DNA of 64,000 bases from Solirubrobacteraceae bacterium. Lineage in GTDB: Bacteria > Actinomycetota > Thermoleophilia > Solirubrobacterales > Solirubrobacteraceae. Below are positions 1 through 9,414 of this stretch, one piece after another. The stretch is taken from assembly GCA_030690545.1 (NCBI GenBank), contig JAUYGN010000079.1, forward strand, positions 39,386 through 103,385, written 5' to 3'. Under the pieces are notes generated by a model. It was not told the DNA's origin and did not search any database. It was given only the letters and a program-made list of their open reading frames with translations. Within the stretch, counting starts at the first letter, position 1. The number at the start of each line of letters is the position of its first letter. Both the position numbers and the translations under genes were made by a program.

Positions 1-765
1 GCGGCCCTGAAGCTGCTGCTCCTCACGGTCGCGATCGTCGATGACGTCATCGCGATCGCGATCATCGCGCTCTTCTACAGCTCCGGGCTCTCCCCGGCGT
101 GGCTGGCCGCCGTCCTCGTCGGCCTCGCCACGATCGTCGGGATGCGCGTGGCCGGGGTGCGGCCGATCGTCGCGTACGTGCCGATCGGGATCGCCGTGTG
201 GGTAGCGATGCTCGAGTCCGGCGTCCACGCGACGATCGCCGGCGTCACCGTCGGCCTCCTCACCCCGGCCCGTCCCGTCGCCGGCCGACCGGTCCTCGAG
301 CTGCTCGTCCACCGCCTGCACCCGTTCACCGTCGGATTCGTCGTGCCGCTGTTCGCGCTGGCCAATGCCGGCATCGCGATCGACTCCGAGATGCTCTCCG
401 ACGCCGCGACCAGCCCCATCGCCTGGGGCATCGCCCTCGGCCTCGTCCTCGGCAAGCTCCTCGGAATCGCCGGCACCATCTTCCTGCTCGTCCACCGCGG
501 CGTCGGGACGATCCCCGACACCGTGCGCACCGTCCACGTGTGGGGCCTCGCCGCGGTCGCCGGGATCGGCTTCACCGTCTCGCTGTTCATCACCCAACTC
601 GCCTACGACGCCCCGGCCGTCGTCGACACCGCCAAGCTCGGCGTCTTCGCCGGCTCGATCATCAGCGCGGCCGTTGGCGCCACCATCCTCATCCGCGCCG
701 GACGGACCACCCCCGGGGACACGACCGTCGCGGCCCCGGATCCCATCGCCGCTCCCAGACCCTGA
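1..765 (+). CDS. nhaA: Na+/H+ antiporter NhaA, C-terminal part (5-prime end lies outside the window)
   Basis: Frame 1 is open from the window edge. The translation AALKLLLLTVAIVDDVIAIAIIALFY plus the following TM segments matches the conserved NhaA core. Stop at 763-765. Confidence 0.85.
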   Translation, partial: AALKLLLLTVAIVDDVIAIAIIALFYSSGLSPAWLAAVLVGLATIVGMRVAGVRPIVAYVPIGIAVWVAMLESGVHATIAGVTVGLLTPARPVAGRPVLELLVHRLHPFTVGFVVPLFALANAGIAIDSEMLSDAATSPIAWGIALGLVLGKLLGIAGTIFLLVHRGVGTIPDTVRTVHVWGLAAVAGIGFTVSLFITQLAYDAPAVVDTAKLGVFAGSIISAAVGATILIRAGRTTPGDTTVAAPDPIAAPRP

Positions 766-857
766 CCCGCGCCAGCGGCACTGTGGCCAACCACCTGGCG
801 CCCGGGCCACGACATCGACACATTGACGTGTGTCAATGATTTTGTGAGGATGGGCGC

Positions 858-1265
858 GTGCCGCAGTCCACGCCCGTCGACCTCGCCGAAGCGCTCGCCG
901 CCGCCTCGCCCGGTGAGCGACGCAGGGCGCTCGCCCAGGCCGACCAGCTCCTGCGCCAGCAGTGCTCCAGCGACGGATCGTTGGCGCTCCCCCTCGACGC
1001 GGCCACCGCCCAGCGACGCGCCGACACCGCCAAGGCCCTCGCCGACCCGGTCCGGCTGCAGCTGGTCGAGCTGCTGCGCCGCCAGCCGGCGGAGGTGTGC
1101 CAATGCGATCTCCAGCCGCTGTTCGACGTCTCGCAGCCGACGCTCAGCCACCACCTCGCCAAGCTCGTCGACGCCGGCCTCATCGTCGTCGACCGGCGCG
1201 GCCGATGGGCCTACTACTCGATCAACCCCGAGGCCCTGGACGACCTCCGCTCATGGCTGTCCTGA
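858..1265 (+). CDS. arsR: ArsR/SmtB-family metalloregulatory repressor
   Basis: LADPVRLQLVELL...CQCDL...SQPTLSHHLAKLVDAGLI...RGRWAYY is the classic ArsR wHTH with a metal-site CxC. It sits directly upstream of the MIP channel and arsC. Confidence 0.85.
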   Translation: MPQSTPVDLAEALAAASPGERRRALAQADQLLRQQCSSDGSLALPLDAATAQRRADTAKALADPVRLQLVELLRRQPAEVCQCDLQPLFDVSQPTLSHHLAKLVDAGLIVVDRRGRWAYYSINPEALDDLRSWLS

Positions 1266-1277
1266 GGCCAAGGCGCG

Positions 1278-2018
1278 GTGCGCGGCCCAGGCGCAACGAC
1301 GCCGAGCGACCCCCAGGCCCGGCGGCCGATGCCTGACCGGCCGCCGCTCACCCGCCGAGCGGCGAGCGAGTTCCTCGCGGCCATCGCGCTCGTCTTCTGC
1401 GTCGGCGGCGCCGTCGCCGCCGACGCGTCGGGCAGCGCGTCGCTCGGGCTGCCGGGCCACGCCGCCGTCTCCGGCCTCGCCATCATGGCCCTCATCTACG
1501 CCACCGGGCACCTCTCCGGCGCCCACATCAACCCGGCGGTCACCGTCGCATTCACGCTGACGCGACACTTCCCCCGCCGCGAAGCCACCACCTACATCGG
1601 CGCCCAGCTCGCCGGAGCCGCCACCGCCGGCGGCATCCTGCGCGCCATCTGGCCCGACGCCCCGGGCAACCTCGGCGCCAACGCCATCAACGTCCAGGTC
1701 AGCTCCGCGCTCGCCACCGAAACCGTCCTCTCCGCACTGCTCATGTTCGTCATCATCGCCGTCGCGACCGACACACGCGCGAGCGGCGCCGCGGCCGCCA
1801 TCGCCATCGGCGGCACCGTCACGCTTAACATCCTCGTCGGCGGCGCAGTGTCCGGCGCCTCGATGAACCCCGCCCGCTCCTTCGGCCCCGCCCTCGCCTC
1901 CGGCGCCTGGGACGACTTCTGGATCTGGATCGCCGGCCCCCTCGCCGGCTGCGCACTCGGCGCCGCCGCCTACCAGTTCATCCGCGCCGAGACGCCCAAG
2001 GAGGCGACCGCCACATGA
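1278..2018 (+). CDS. MIP-family channel (aquaglyceroporin-like, probable arsenite channel)
   Basis: Two NPA boxes (HINPAVT and MNPARS) and six hydrophobic segments. An alternative start at 1329 (MPDRPP) is possible. Its stop overlaps the arsC start (ATGA). Confidence 0.85.
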   Translation: MRGPGATTPSDPQARRPMPDRPPLTRRAASEFLAAIALVFCVGGAVAADASGSASLGLPGHAAVSGLAIMALIYATGHLSGAHINPAVTVAFTLTRHFPRREATTYIGAQLAGAATAGGILRAIWPDAPGNLGANAINVQVSSALATETVLSALLMFVIIAVATDTRASGAAAAIAIGGTVTLNILVGGAVSGASMNPARSFGPALASGAWDDFWIWIAGPLAGCALGAAAYQFIRAETPKEATAT

Positions 2019-2422
2019 GCCACATCCTGTTCGTCTGCCTGCACAACGCAGGACGCTCCCAGATGAGCCAGGCCCTGTTCGAACGCGACGCCCCCGACGA
2101 GCACACCGCCGCGTCAGCCGGCAGCGTCGCCGACCCCGACGGCTGGGTCCACCCCGAGGTCGTCGCGGCCATGCGCGAGCTGGACATCGACCTCAGCACG
2201 CGCCGCCCGCAGCCACTCACCCGCCATCTCGCCGAGCGCGCCGACCTCGTCGTGACGATGGGCTGCGGCGACGCCTGCCCGTACGTCCCGGGCGTCCGCT
2301 ACCTCGACTGGGACCTCCCCGACCCCGAGGGGCAGGGCATCGAGGCCGTACGGCTGATCCGCGACGAGATCGAGCGGCGCGTCGGAGCGCTCCTCGCCGA
2401 GCTCACCCGCACGCCTGACTGA
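2015..2422 (+). CDS. arsC: Arsenate reductase, low-molecular-weight phosphatase family
   Basis: N-terminal P-loop ILFVCLHNAGRSQM (CX5R-S) and a 135-aa size typical of LMW-PTP-type ArsC. Start is coupled to the upstream MIP gene. Confidence 0.9.
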   Translation: MSHILFVCLHNAGRSQMSQALFERDAPDEHTAASAGSVADPDGWVHPEVVAAMRELDIDLSTRRPQPLTRHLAERADLVVTMGCGDACPYVPGVRYLDWDLPDPEGQGIEAVRLIRDEIERRVGALLAELTRTPD

Positions 2423-2459
2423 CAGTCCCGCGTCAAGGTCCTCCGCACACTCGTTAGTT

Positions 2460-2488
2460 GGGTCCCTGAGGCCAGGCGAGCGGGACCC
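2460..2488 (+). terminator. Hairpin downstream of arsC (possible terminator)
   Basis: GGGTCCC-N15-GGGACCC, a perfect 7-bp stem about 38 nt after the arsC stop. The loop is large and there is no U-tract, so this is weak. Confidence 0.2.
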
Positions 2489-2647
2489 CCGATCCACGTG
2501 AGGAGACCGACACCCTCGCCGCAACGCACCGCCTCGAGCAGACCTCCCCGAGCTACACCCTCATACGCTCGACATGAGCCATGCGCCTCGCAAGACCCGC
2601 CATTCGGTCCCGAGACCGGGGATCGCCGACGCGCCGGGAACAGCCGA

Positions 2648-2770
2648 AATCCGCGCGAATCCCCGCGCATCCACGCCAATCCGCCGGAATAAAGGCACTA
2701 GTGCCTGCATTGTGCCCCGATTCGCCGCGATCAGCGCGGATTCAGCCATCGGCGGAATCCGGCGATTGCA
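2648..2770. repeat. Phased 10-bp iteron-like repeats flanking a perfect 14-bp palindrome
   Basis: Four head-to-tail 10-mers lie at 2651-2690: CCGCGCGAAT, CCCCGCGCAT, CCACGCCAAT, CCGCCGGAAT. The palindrome AGGCACTAGTGCCT is at 2693-2706. Opposite-orientation 10-mers follow with A at 2720, 2730 and 2740: ATTCGCCGCG, ATCAGCGCGG, ATTCAGCCAT, with looser copies out to 2770. Confidence 0.65.
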
Positions 2771-2785
2771 GCACGTTCCGTGAGG

Positions 2786-2830
2786 GGTGAGCGACGGGAC
2801 TTGGACCCGCGACCGCCTGGACCACAAACC
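2786..2830 (-). other. Fragment resembling a tRNA/tmRNA 3-prime end (T-arm plus acceptor strand), not a complete tRNA
   Basis: The minus strand reads GCGGG-TCCAAGT-CCCGT-CGCTCAC-C, which is a 5-bp T-stem, a 7-nt T-loop-like loop and a 7-nt acceptor strand. No matching 5-prime acceptor strand (GTGAGCG) occurs within 150 nt. The loop has C where the conserved T55 is expected. Confidence 0.3.
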
Positions 2831-2892
2831 GAACCGCTGGAGTGTCGAAAGCGGCCGACTTGCAGGGCTTTTCGGAACGTGATGGATCTCGG

Positions 2893-2945
2893 ATCGGCGC
2901 CGATATTGCCGCGGATTGCCGGGGATTACCGGCGATCTAGGCACT
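2893..2945. repeat. Second block of phased 10-bp repeats ending in a half-palindrome
   Basis: Exactly 10-bp phased units ATTGCCGCGG (2905), ATTGCCGGGG (2915) and ATTACCGGCG (2925), with a flanking ATCGGCGCCG (2893). They are followed by AGGCACT (2939-2945), which equals the left half of the 2693-2706 palindrome. Confidence 0.6.
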
Positions 2946-3064
2946 TCTGGGGTCGAGTGCCTGAACGAGTGTGGCCCGTCGACCGCCGTCGCGCTGCATC
3001 GACCCCTCGGTGGGACCGCGAACCCGACGAAGAAGGCGGGCAGCCTCGCCGTCGGTTGCGGCGG

Positions 3065-3400
3065 TCAGGACCGGGCCGTGCGGCCGCGGTTCGTGGGCGT
3101 CGGTTGACGGCGTGAGCGCGCTTTGCGGTTCCATCGACGGGTGAGGCAAGTGACGGCGACGTAGGAGCCGTCGATGTGCTGTCGCAGGACGAAGGCGATG
3201 TCGTCACCTACGAGCGGGTAGCCGTCCGGCGCGTCGCGCGGGCCGTCCTGCAGCCATGCCGGCGGAGCCTTGGAGGACGTAAGATGCGCGGCGAGACCCG
3301 TGAGATGGGCGAGCGCCCCGTCTCGGTCACATCCCGGCCAGACGCGCTCGACGGCGCGGTCGAGCGCGTGCCGGCTGAACATCAGCACGAACGTGCTCAT
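3065..3400 (-). CDS. Small hypothetical protein, toxin-like (DUF4258-like pattern), basic tail
   Basis: Internal ATG at 3400 whose ATGA overlaps the stop of the upstream gene. The sequence is MSTFVLMFSRHALDRAVERVWPG...GYPLVGDDIAFVLRQHIDGSYVAVTCLTRR. The F-x-x-HAL-x-R-x-x-ER start and the ...vaVTc... end resemble small RNase-type toxins. Third-position GC is high. Confidence 0.6.
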   Translation of the reverse strand: MSTFVLMFSRHALDRAVERVWPGCDRDGALAHLTGLAAHLTSSKAPPAWLQDGPRDAPDGYPLVGDDIAFVLRQHIDGSYVAVTCLTRRWNRKARSRRQPTPTNRGRTARS

Positions 3401-4512
3401 CGCTGGGCGCCCTTCGGGCGCTGGATGTTCGCGAACGGAAGCCGGCCGCGCGCATGCTCGAACTCGGCGATCAACTCGGCCTCGAGGCTGACGGGCTGGT
3501 CGGTGATGATCCAGGCGACGAGCAGGTCCGCATGGTCGGCGAGCTGCCACATGTACCGACCTCCAACGTGGGCCTCCTTGTGGCCGGCGCCGTAGCGAGC
3601 CAGTTCGCGGACGCGCTTGGACAAGGGGCGGTCAGACTTCCCGATGTAGACCAGCGGGGTCTCGTCGGTCCACCGAGCGGCGAGTTCGTCGATGGACGCC
3701 GGCAGCTCGTCGCGGTAGGGGCCGCCGACGCTACGCTCCAAGAACGCGGGCGCAGCGTCGGTGGCGCGCAGCACCACGTAGACGCCAGGCTGCTTGGGCA
3801 GCAACGATGCGTTCTCGCGAACCCGAGCGAGCGGGATGAACCCCTCAAAGCCGCGGCGCTTGAGGTCCTCGGCAGACAAGGCCGCTACGGTCGGAGTGGC
3901 CGCCGTGGCGGTCAAGATGACCTCGCGCTCAAGTTCGCGGAGCTCCAGCACGCGTCGTGCGAAAGCGACGATACGGTCCTTGTCGTCTTGCTCGGCCAGC
4001 CTCGACCAGAACGAGAGGATCTGGTCGGCGTCGGCGATCAGATCGCGTTCGGCCTTTCGCTCGCGCGGGCCCAATCCCCATAGCGCGAGTTCGTATGCGA
4101 GGTCGACCAACTGCTCATCGGTCGCGTCGGGGTCTTTCAGGAGCGTCTCGGCTTGCTCGTGGGTGTAGCCGATCAGCTCGTCCCACATGACGAACGTCGT
4201 GGTCTGCTCGGAGTCGACGATCTCAGCAAGGACGCGACGCGCGTCGTCACCGGTCGTGTGGCCGGCGACGATCAGGACCGCCTCGGGGTTGTAGTTGAGG
4301 GCGTCGGTGAGGCGGCGAATCGTGCGCTCGTTCGGCACGGTCTCCCCGCGCTGGAGGCGCCCGAGGTGCGAGTGGGCGATACCAGCGAGCTCGGCGATCT
4401 GCCGGGCGCTCATCTCGTTGTTCTCGCGCATGTCCCGCAGCAGCTCGGGCAGGCGCTGTCCGGGTTCCGCCCGGACTCGATCAGGAGTGGTCATAGGAAC
4501 CACCATAGACAT
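3397..4512 (-). CDS. Fusion protein: N-terminal XRE-family HTH, helical linker, C-terminal GIY-YIG-like nuclease domain
   Basis: HTH: MSARQIAELAGIAHSHLGRLQRGETVPNERTIRRLTDAL. C-terminus: PGVYVV...LVYIGKSDRPLSKRVRELARYG...H...EAELIAEF...LPFAN, which resembles the GIY / YIG / R / E / N elements. The spacing is non-canonical, about 43 aa between GVY and YIG. Confidence 0.75.
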   Translation of the reverse strand: MSMVVPMTTPDRVRAEPGQRLPELLRDMRENNEMSARQIAELAGIAHSHLGRLQRGETVPNERTIRRLTDALNYNPEAVLIVAGHTTGDDARRVLAEIVDSEQTTTFVMWDELIGYTHEQAETLLKDPDATDEQLVDLAYELALWGLGPRERKAERDLIADADQILSFWSRLAEQDDKDRIVAFARRVLELRELEREVILTATAATPTVAALSAEDLKRRGFEGFIPLARVRENASLLPKQPGVYVVLRATDAAPAFLERSVGGPYRDELPASIDELAARWTDETPLVYIGKSDRPLSKRVRELARYGAGHKEAHVGGRYMWQLADHADLLVAWIITDQPVSLEAELIAEFEHARGRLPFANIQRPKGAQR

Positions 4513-4853
4513 GTTTAGGTACAGTTATGTAACGTCTGCCGGACCTTTTGGACTATCGTTCGAGGAGACGCGACGCCGCGCGCGGCAGGGACATATCGAC
4601 ATCCCATGGCGCTTCGCGTAGCTCCGGGCAATGCCGACCGACTCGCGCGCTGAGCGACCGCTGGCGGAAAGCAGCGGGTCAGGAGCCGCGTCGTTCCAGC
4701 TCCTGGCAGGGATTCCGCGAGGGTCCACGAGCGCATCGACAAGGCCCACGTGCCGCGCCTGAGTAGCCGCCCGGCCTGCGCCCTGCGCGCGCTGCGCCCA
4801 GCAGCACGCGTCGCCCGCCGAGCCCCCCCCGGCCACCAGCGCCGGGCGGCGCG

Positions 4854-6523
<1,670 letters not shown>

Positions 6524-6527
<4 letters not shown>

Positions 6528-7348
6528 CGGGGCCGTCCCAGCGAGTCTAGGTGCCGCAGGCCCGGCAGCTTCTCGATGACCTTCGAGATTGACCGAAATT
6601 CCCCGAAAAGATTCACCGCCAGCAGGATGCCGAGCGCGATCAGCTGCTCGCTCGGGTCGAGCGTCAGCACGATCCACAGGCCGGCGATCGCGCCGATCGC
6701 GTTGGAGCCGGCATCGCCGAGCATCGCCCGCTCGCGCAGATCGAAGAAGCCCGCGACGAGCACCGGCGCGAGGAACAGCCCGAGGCCGGCCAGCGCCTCC
6801 GTGTTCTGCGTGCTGGCCGTCAGGCCGATGCCGAGCAGGACGAGCGTCTTGGCGCTGCGGCCCGGCCGCAGGTCGAGCAGGTTGAACGTGTTCGTGGCGA
6901 GCACGAGCACAGCGGTCGCCAGCAGGAAGTCGGCGTCCGACCCGGGCAGCGACGAGGCGACGAGCAGCGCCAGCCCGAGCGTGCCGACCGCCTTCAGCGC
7001 GCCGGTCGAGAAGCCGCCCGTCAGCACGTCCTTGCCATGGCCGCGCCAACCGCGCGAGGAGCCCGACAGCAGGTCGTCGAGCAGGCCCAGCAGCGCGACG
7101 CCGGGCACGAAGATGATCGCGAAGCCGAGGTTGTCCGGATAGACGTCGAGGTCGGCCAGCCGCGCGAGCGCCATCAGCGGGATCAGCGCGATCAGCGCGA
7201 CCGGCACGATCACGATGCCCAGCGGGACCGGCAGCAGGCGCCCGCGGTAGTTCTCCCGCGTCAGGCCCGCTTCGGAGAGTCGCTTGAGCACCAGCGGCGT
7301 GAGCGCCACGGCGACCAGCAACGAGAAGACGAACGGCAGGGCTTGCAC
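6524..7348 (-). CDS. Glycosyltransferase family 4 (MraY/WecA-like polyprenyl-phosphate sugar-phosphate transferase) membrane protein
   Basis: Multi-pass membrane protein with [17 protein letters not shown] (a variant of the NxxNxxDGxDG motif) and [10 protein letters not shown] (GDxGS). Its stop overlaps the pyrG start (ATGA). Confidence 0.75.
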
Positions 7349-7386
7349 CGGTACGTGAACCTAGCGAGCCGCGCGGACGATCGGCG

Positions 7387-8250
7387 TCACCGAGGCCGCC
7401 CGCCGAGCGGCGGCAACAGCGCCTGCGCATCGTCGCCGCGTCCGAACGAGCCCTGCGCTCCCGCGAGCACGAAGACGAGCGCGGCGCGGCCGGCCGGCTC
7501 GTCGAGGTTGTCGACCGTCGACAGGTCGCGGTCGCGGAACCAGCCGATGTGCGACGGGTCGCTGTCGCGCCGCTCGGCGCCGACGACCTTCACGCCGGTC
7601 TGCGCGAGACCGCGCGCGATGCCGTCCTGCAGCGCGTCGAGCCGCTCGGCCGCCGCCTCCTCCTCGGGCTCCTCGGAGGGACGCAGCACGATCACGCCGT
7701 CGAGGTTGCCGAAGCCGCCGCTGAAGGACTGCAGCAGCGCGTTGCGCAACTGGCCGACGAGCCGCCCGCCGTCGACCATCTGGACGCCGATCCGACGACC
7801 GAGGTCGTCCAGCAGCGAGGGATCGCGCTGCAGCGCCACGTAGCGCGTCCCGCGGGAGCGCTCCGCGAGCGCCTCGAGATCGATCTCCTCGCGGACGACG
7901 GCGACGAGCGACAGGTTGGCGCCCGTCGGCTCGAGCGCCTCGCGGATGATGTCCGGCGCGTCGTCGTCGTCGCCGAGCAGGACGAGGCCGATCCGCAGGC
8001 CGCGCAGCTCGCCGCCCGTGAGGATCGGATAGGCGGCGTCGGCGAACCGCTCCAGCTCGCGGACGCGCGACCGTGCCTCGTCACGCTCGCGGTCGGCGTT
8101 GCGGACGTCGGCGCGCAGCGAGTCGCGCAGGTCCTCGCGCGCGGAGGACACGAGCTCCCGGTCGCCGATCGCGACCCCGAGCAGCAGCCCGACGACGAGC
8201 GCGATGAAGACGGCTGCCAAGGACAGCGCGTGGTAGCGAAAGTCGAACAT
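7387..8250 (-). CDS. SteB / MctB-family (DUF3186-like) membrane-anchored protein
   Basis: N-terminus [29 protein letters not shown] followed by a coiled coil, as in the mycobacterial MctB and corynebacterial SteB family. Its position between steA and pyrG matches known actinobacterial synteny. Confidence 0.75.
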   Translation of the reverse strand: MFDFRYHALSLAAVFIALVVGLLLGVAIGDRELVSSAREDLRDSLRADVRNADRERDEARSRVRELERFADAAYPILTGGELRGLRIGLVLLGDDDDAPDIIREALEPTGANLSLVAVVREEIDLEALAERSRGTRYVALQRDPSLLDDLGRRIGVQMVDGGRLVGQLRNALLQSFSGGFGNLDGVIVLRPSEEPEEEAAAERLDALQDGIARGLAQTGVKVVGAERRDSDPSHIGWFRDRDLSTVDNLDEPAGRAALVFVLAGAQGSFGRGDDAQALLPPLGGRPR

Positions 8251-8258
8251 TCAGAAGA

Positions 8259-9401
8259 TCACTGCAGCCCGAGCACGACCTCGACCTTGAGCCACATCAG
8301 GTCGGCGAGGTCGCGCAGGGCGGGCGTCAGCACGACGATAGCCAGCAGGCACAGCAGCCCGGCGAGCGCGACCACGACGAGTGGCCGGCGGCCGGGCAGC
8401 GGACGGTACAGCCGGCTGACGCCCTTGGCATCGACGAGGATCTCGCCGAGCCGCAGGCGCGTGAGGAACGTCGAGGCCATCCCGCGACGGTTCTTGTCGA
8501 GGAACTCGACGAGGTTGAACTGCGAGCCGACCGAGACGATCAGCTCGGCGCCCTTCTCGGCGGCGATGATCATCGCGACGTCCTGGCTCGTCCCGGGCGC
8601 CGGGACGAGCTTGAAGGGCAGGCCGAGCGACTCGAGGTGCTCGCGTCCGGGGGCGCGGCCGTCGGGGTAGGCGTGGACGATCAGCTCGGCGCCGCAGCGC
8701 AGCGCGGCCTCGCTCGCGGAGTCCATGTCGCCGACGATCATGTCGGGCTTGAAGCCCTCCTCCAGCAGCGCGTTGGCGCCGCCGTCGACGGCGATGATCC
8801 GCGGGCGGACGTCGCGGATGTACGGCCGCAGCATGCGCAGGTCCTTCTGATGATCGACGCCGCGCACGACGATCAGCGCCGGGCGATCGCGAAAGTCGGT
8901 GTCGAAGCGCGGCAGCTCGATGCGTCCCGACAGCAGCTCGCGCTCCTCGAGCATGTGCTCGATCGTGTTGCGCGCGAAGGCCTCCAGCGCATCGCCGATC
9001 TCGTGACGGCGCTCGTCGGTGGCGGCGCGGACGGCGGCGGGCTCGCGCACCTCGCCGGTCACCAGCACCTTCTCGCCGCGCGCGACCGATCCGCCGCGGA
9101 CCGTGATCTCGTCGCCGTCCTTGCATTTCTTGAAGAGCGTGTCGTCGGGCAGGTCGACGAGATGGATCCCGGCCTGCACGAGCAGCAGCGGACCCATGTT
9201 CGGATAGGCGCCCGTCGACGACGGGCTGCAGTTCAGCACCGCCTGCACGCCCGCCGCGATGAGATCCTCCGCGGAGACGCGATCGAGGTCGCGGTGATCG
9301 AGGATCGCGATGTCGCCAGAGGCAAGCGTCTTGACGATGAGCTTCGTGCGCCGCCCCAGGCGAGCGCGTCCGGACAGCTCGCGGGCGACGGCGACGGCCA
9401 T
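8259..9401 (-). CDS. steA: Cytokinetic-ring-associated protein SteA (thiamine pyrophosphokinase-like domain plus C-terminal TM)
   Basis: IAILDHRDLDRVSAEDLIAAGVQAVLNCSPSSTGAYPNMGPLLL... with a C-terminal TM helix. Synteny with steB and pyrG. Confidence 0.8.
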   Translation of the reverse strand: MAVAVARELSGRARLGRRTKLIVKTLASGDIAILDHRDLDRVSAEDLIAAGVQAVLNCSPSSTGAYPNMGPLLLVQAGIHLVDLPDDTLFKKCKDGDEITVRGGSVARGEKVLVTGEVREPAAVRAATDERRHEIGDALEAFARNTIEHMLEERELLSGRIELPRFDTDFRDRPALIVVRGVDHQKDLRMLRPYIRDVRPRIIAVDGGANALLEEGFKPDMIVGDMDSASEAALRCGAELIVHAYPDGRAPGREHLESLGLPFKLVPAPGTSQDVAMIIAAEKGAELIVSVGSQFNLVEFLDKNRRGMASTFLTRLRLGEILVDAKGVSRLYRPLPGRRPLVVVALAGLLCLLAIVVLTPALRDLADLMWLKVEVVLGLQ

Positions 9402-9414
9402 CGGCTGAGTCTAG

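Larger units (their letters stand above)
2430..4853. mobile_element. Possible remnant of an integrated element / accessory islet between arsC and pyrG
   Basis: Locally lower GC, for example aataaaggcactagtgcctgcattgtg and atagacatgtttaggtacagttatgtaacg. It contains iteron-like repeats, a tRNA-3-prime-like fragment and two non-housekeeping genes. No integrase or transposase is visible. Confidence 0.3.

Noticed and set aside
2561-2944. 127-aa minus-strand ORF and the overlapping short plus-strand ORFs (2574-2790) in the islet
   Set aside because: They run straight through the phased 10-bp repeats, the palindrome and the tRNA-like fragment (the RVQVPSLT peptide is the usual result of translating a T-arm). 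There is no coding-like periodicity or motif.
2648-2945. Possible CRISPR array
   Set aside because: The repeat units are only 10 bp long, directly abutting, with no spacers and in both orientations. No cas genes are present in the window.
2430-4853. Intact prophage, ICE or transposon
   Set aside because: No integrase, transposase, relaxase, capsid or terminase-like ORF is present. I found no terminal inverted repeats or flanking direct repeats. At best this is a remnant.
6528-7430. N-terminal 300-residue extension of the pyrG ORF (858-aa track ORF)
   Set aside because: The extension is Arg/Ala/Gly-rich noise that overlaps the well-supported GT4 gene in another frame. The conserved CTP synthase sequence begins at MTPSAQ...RFIFITGG (6527).
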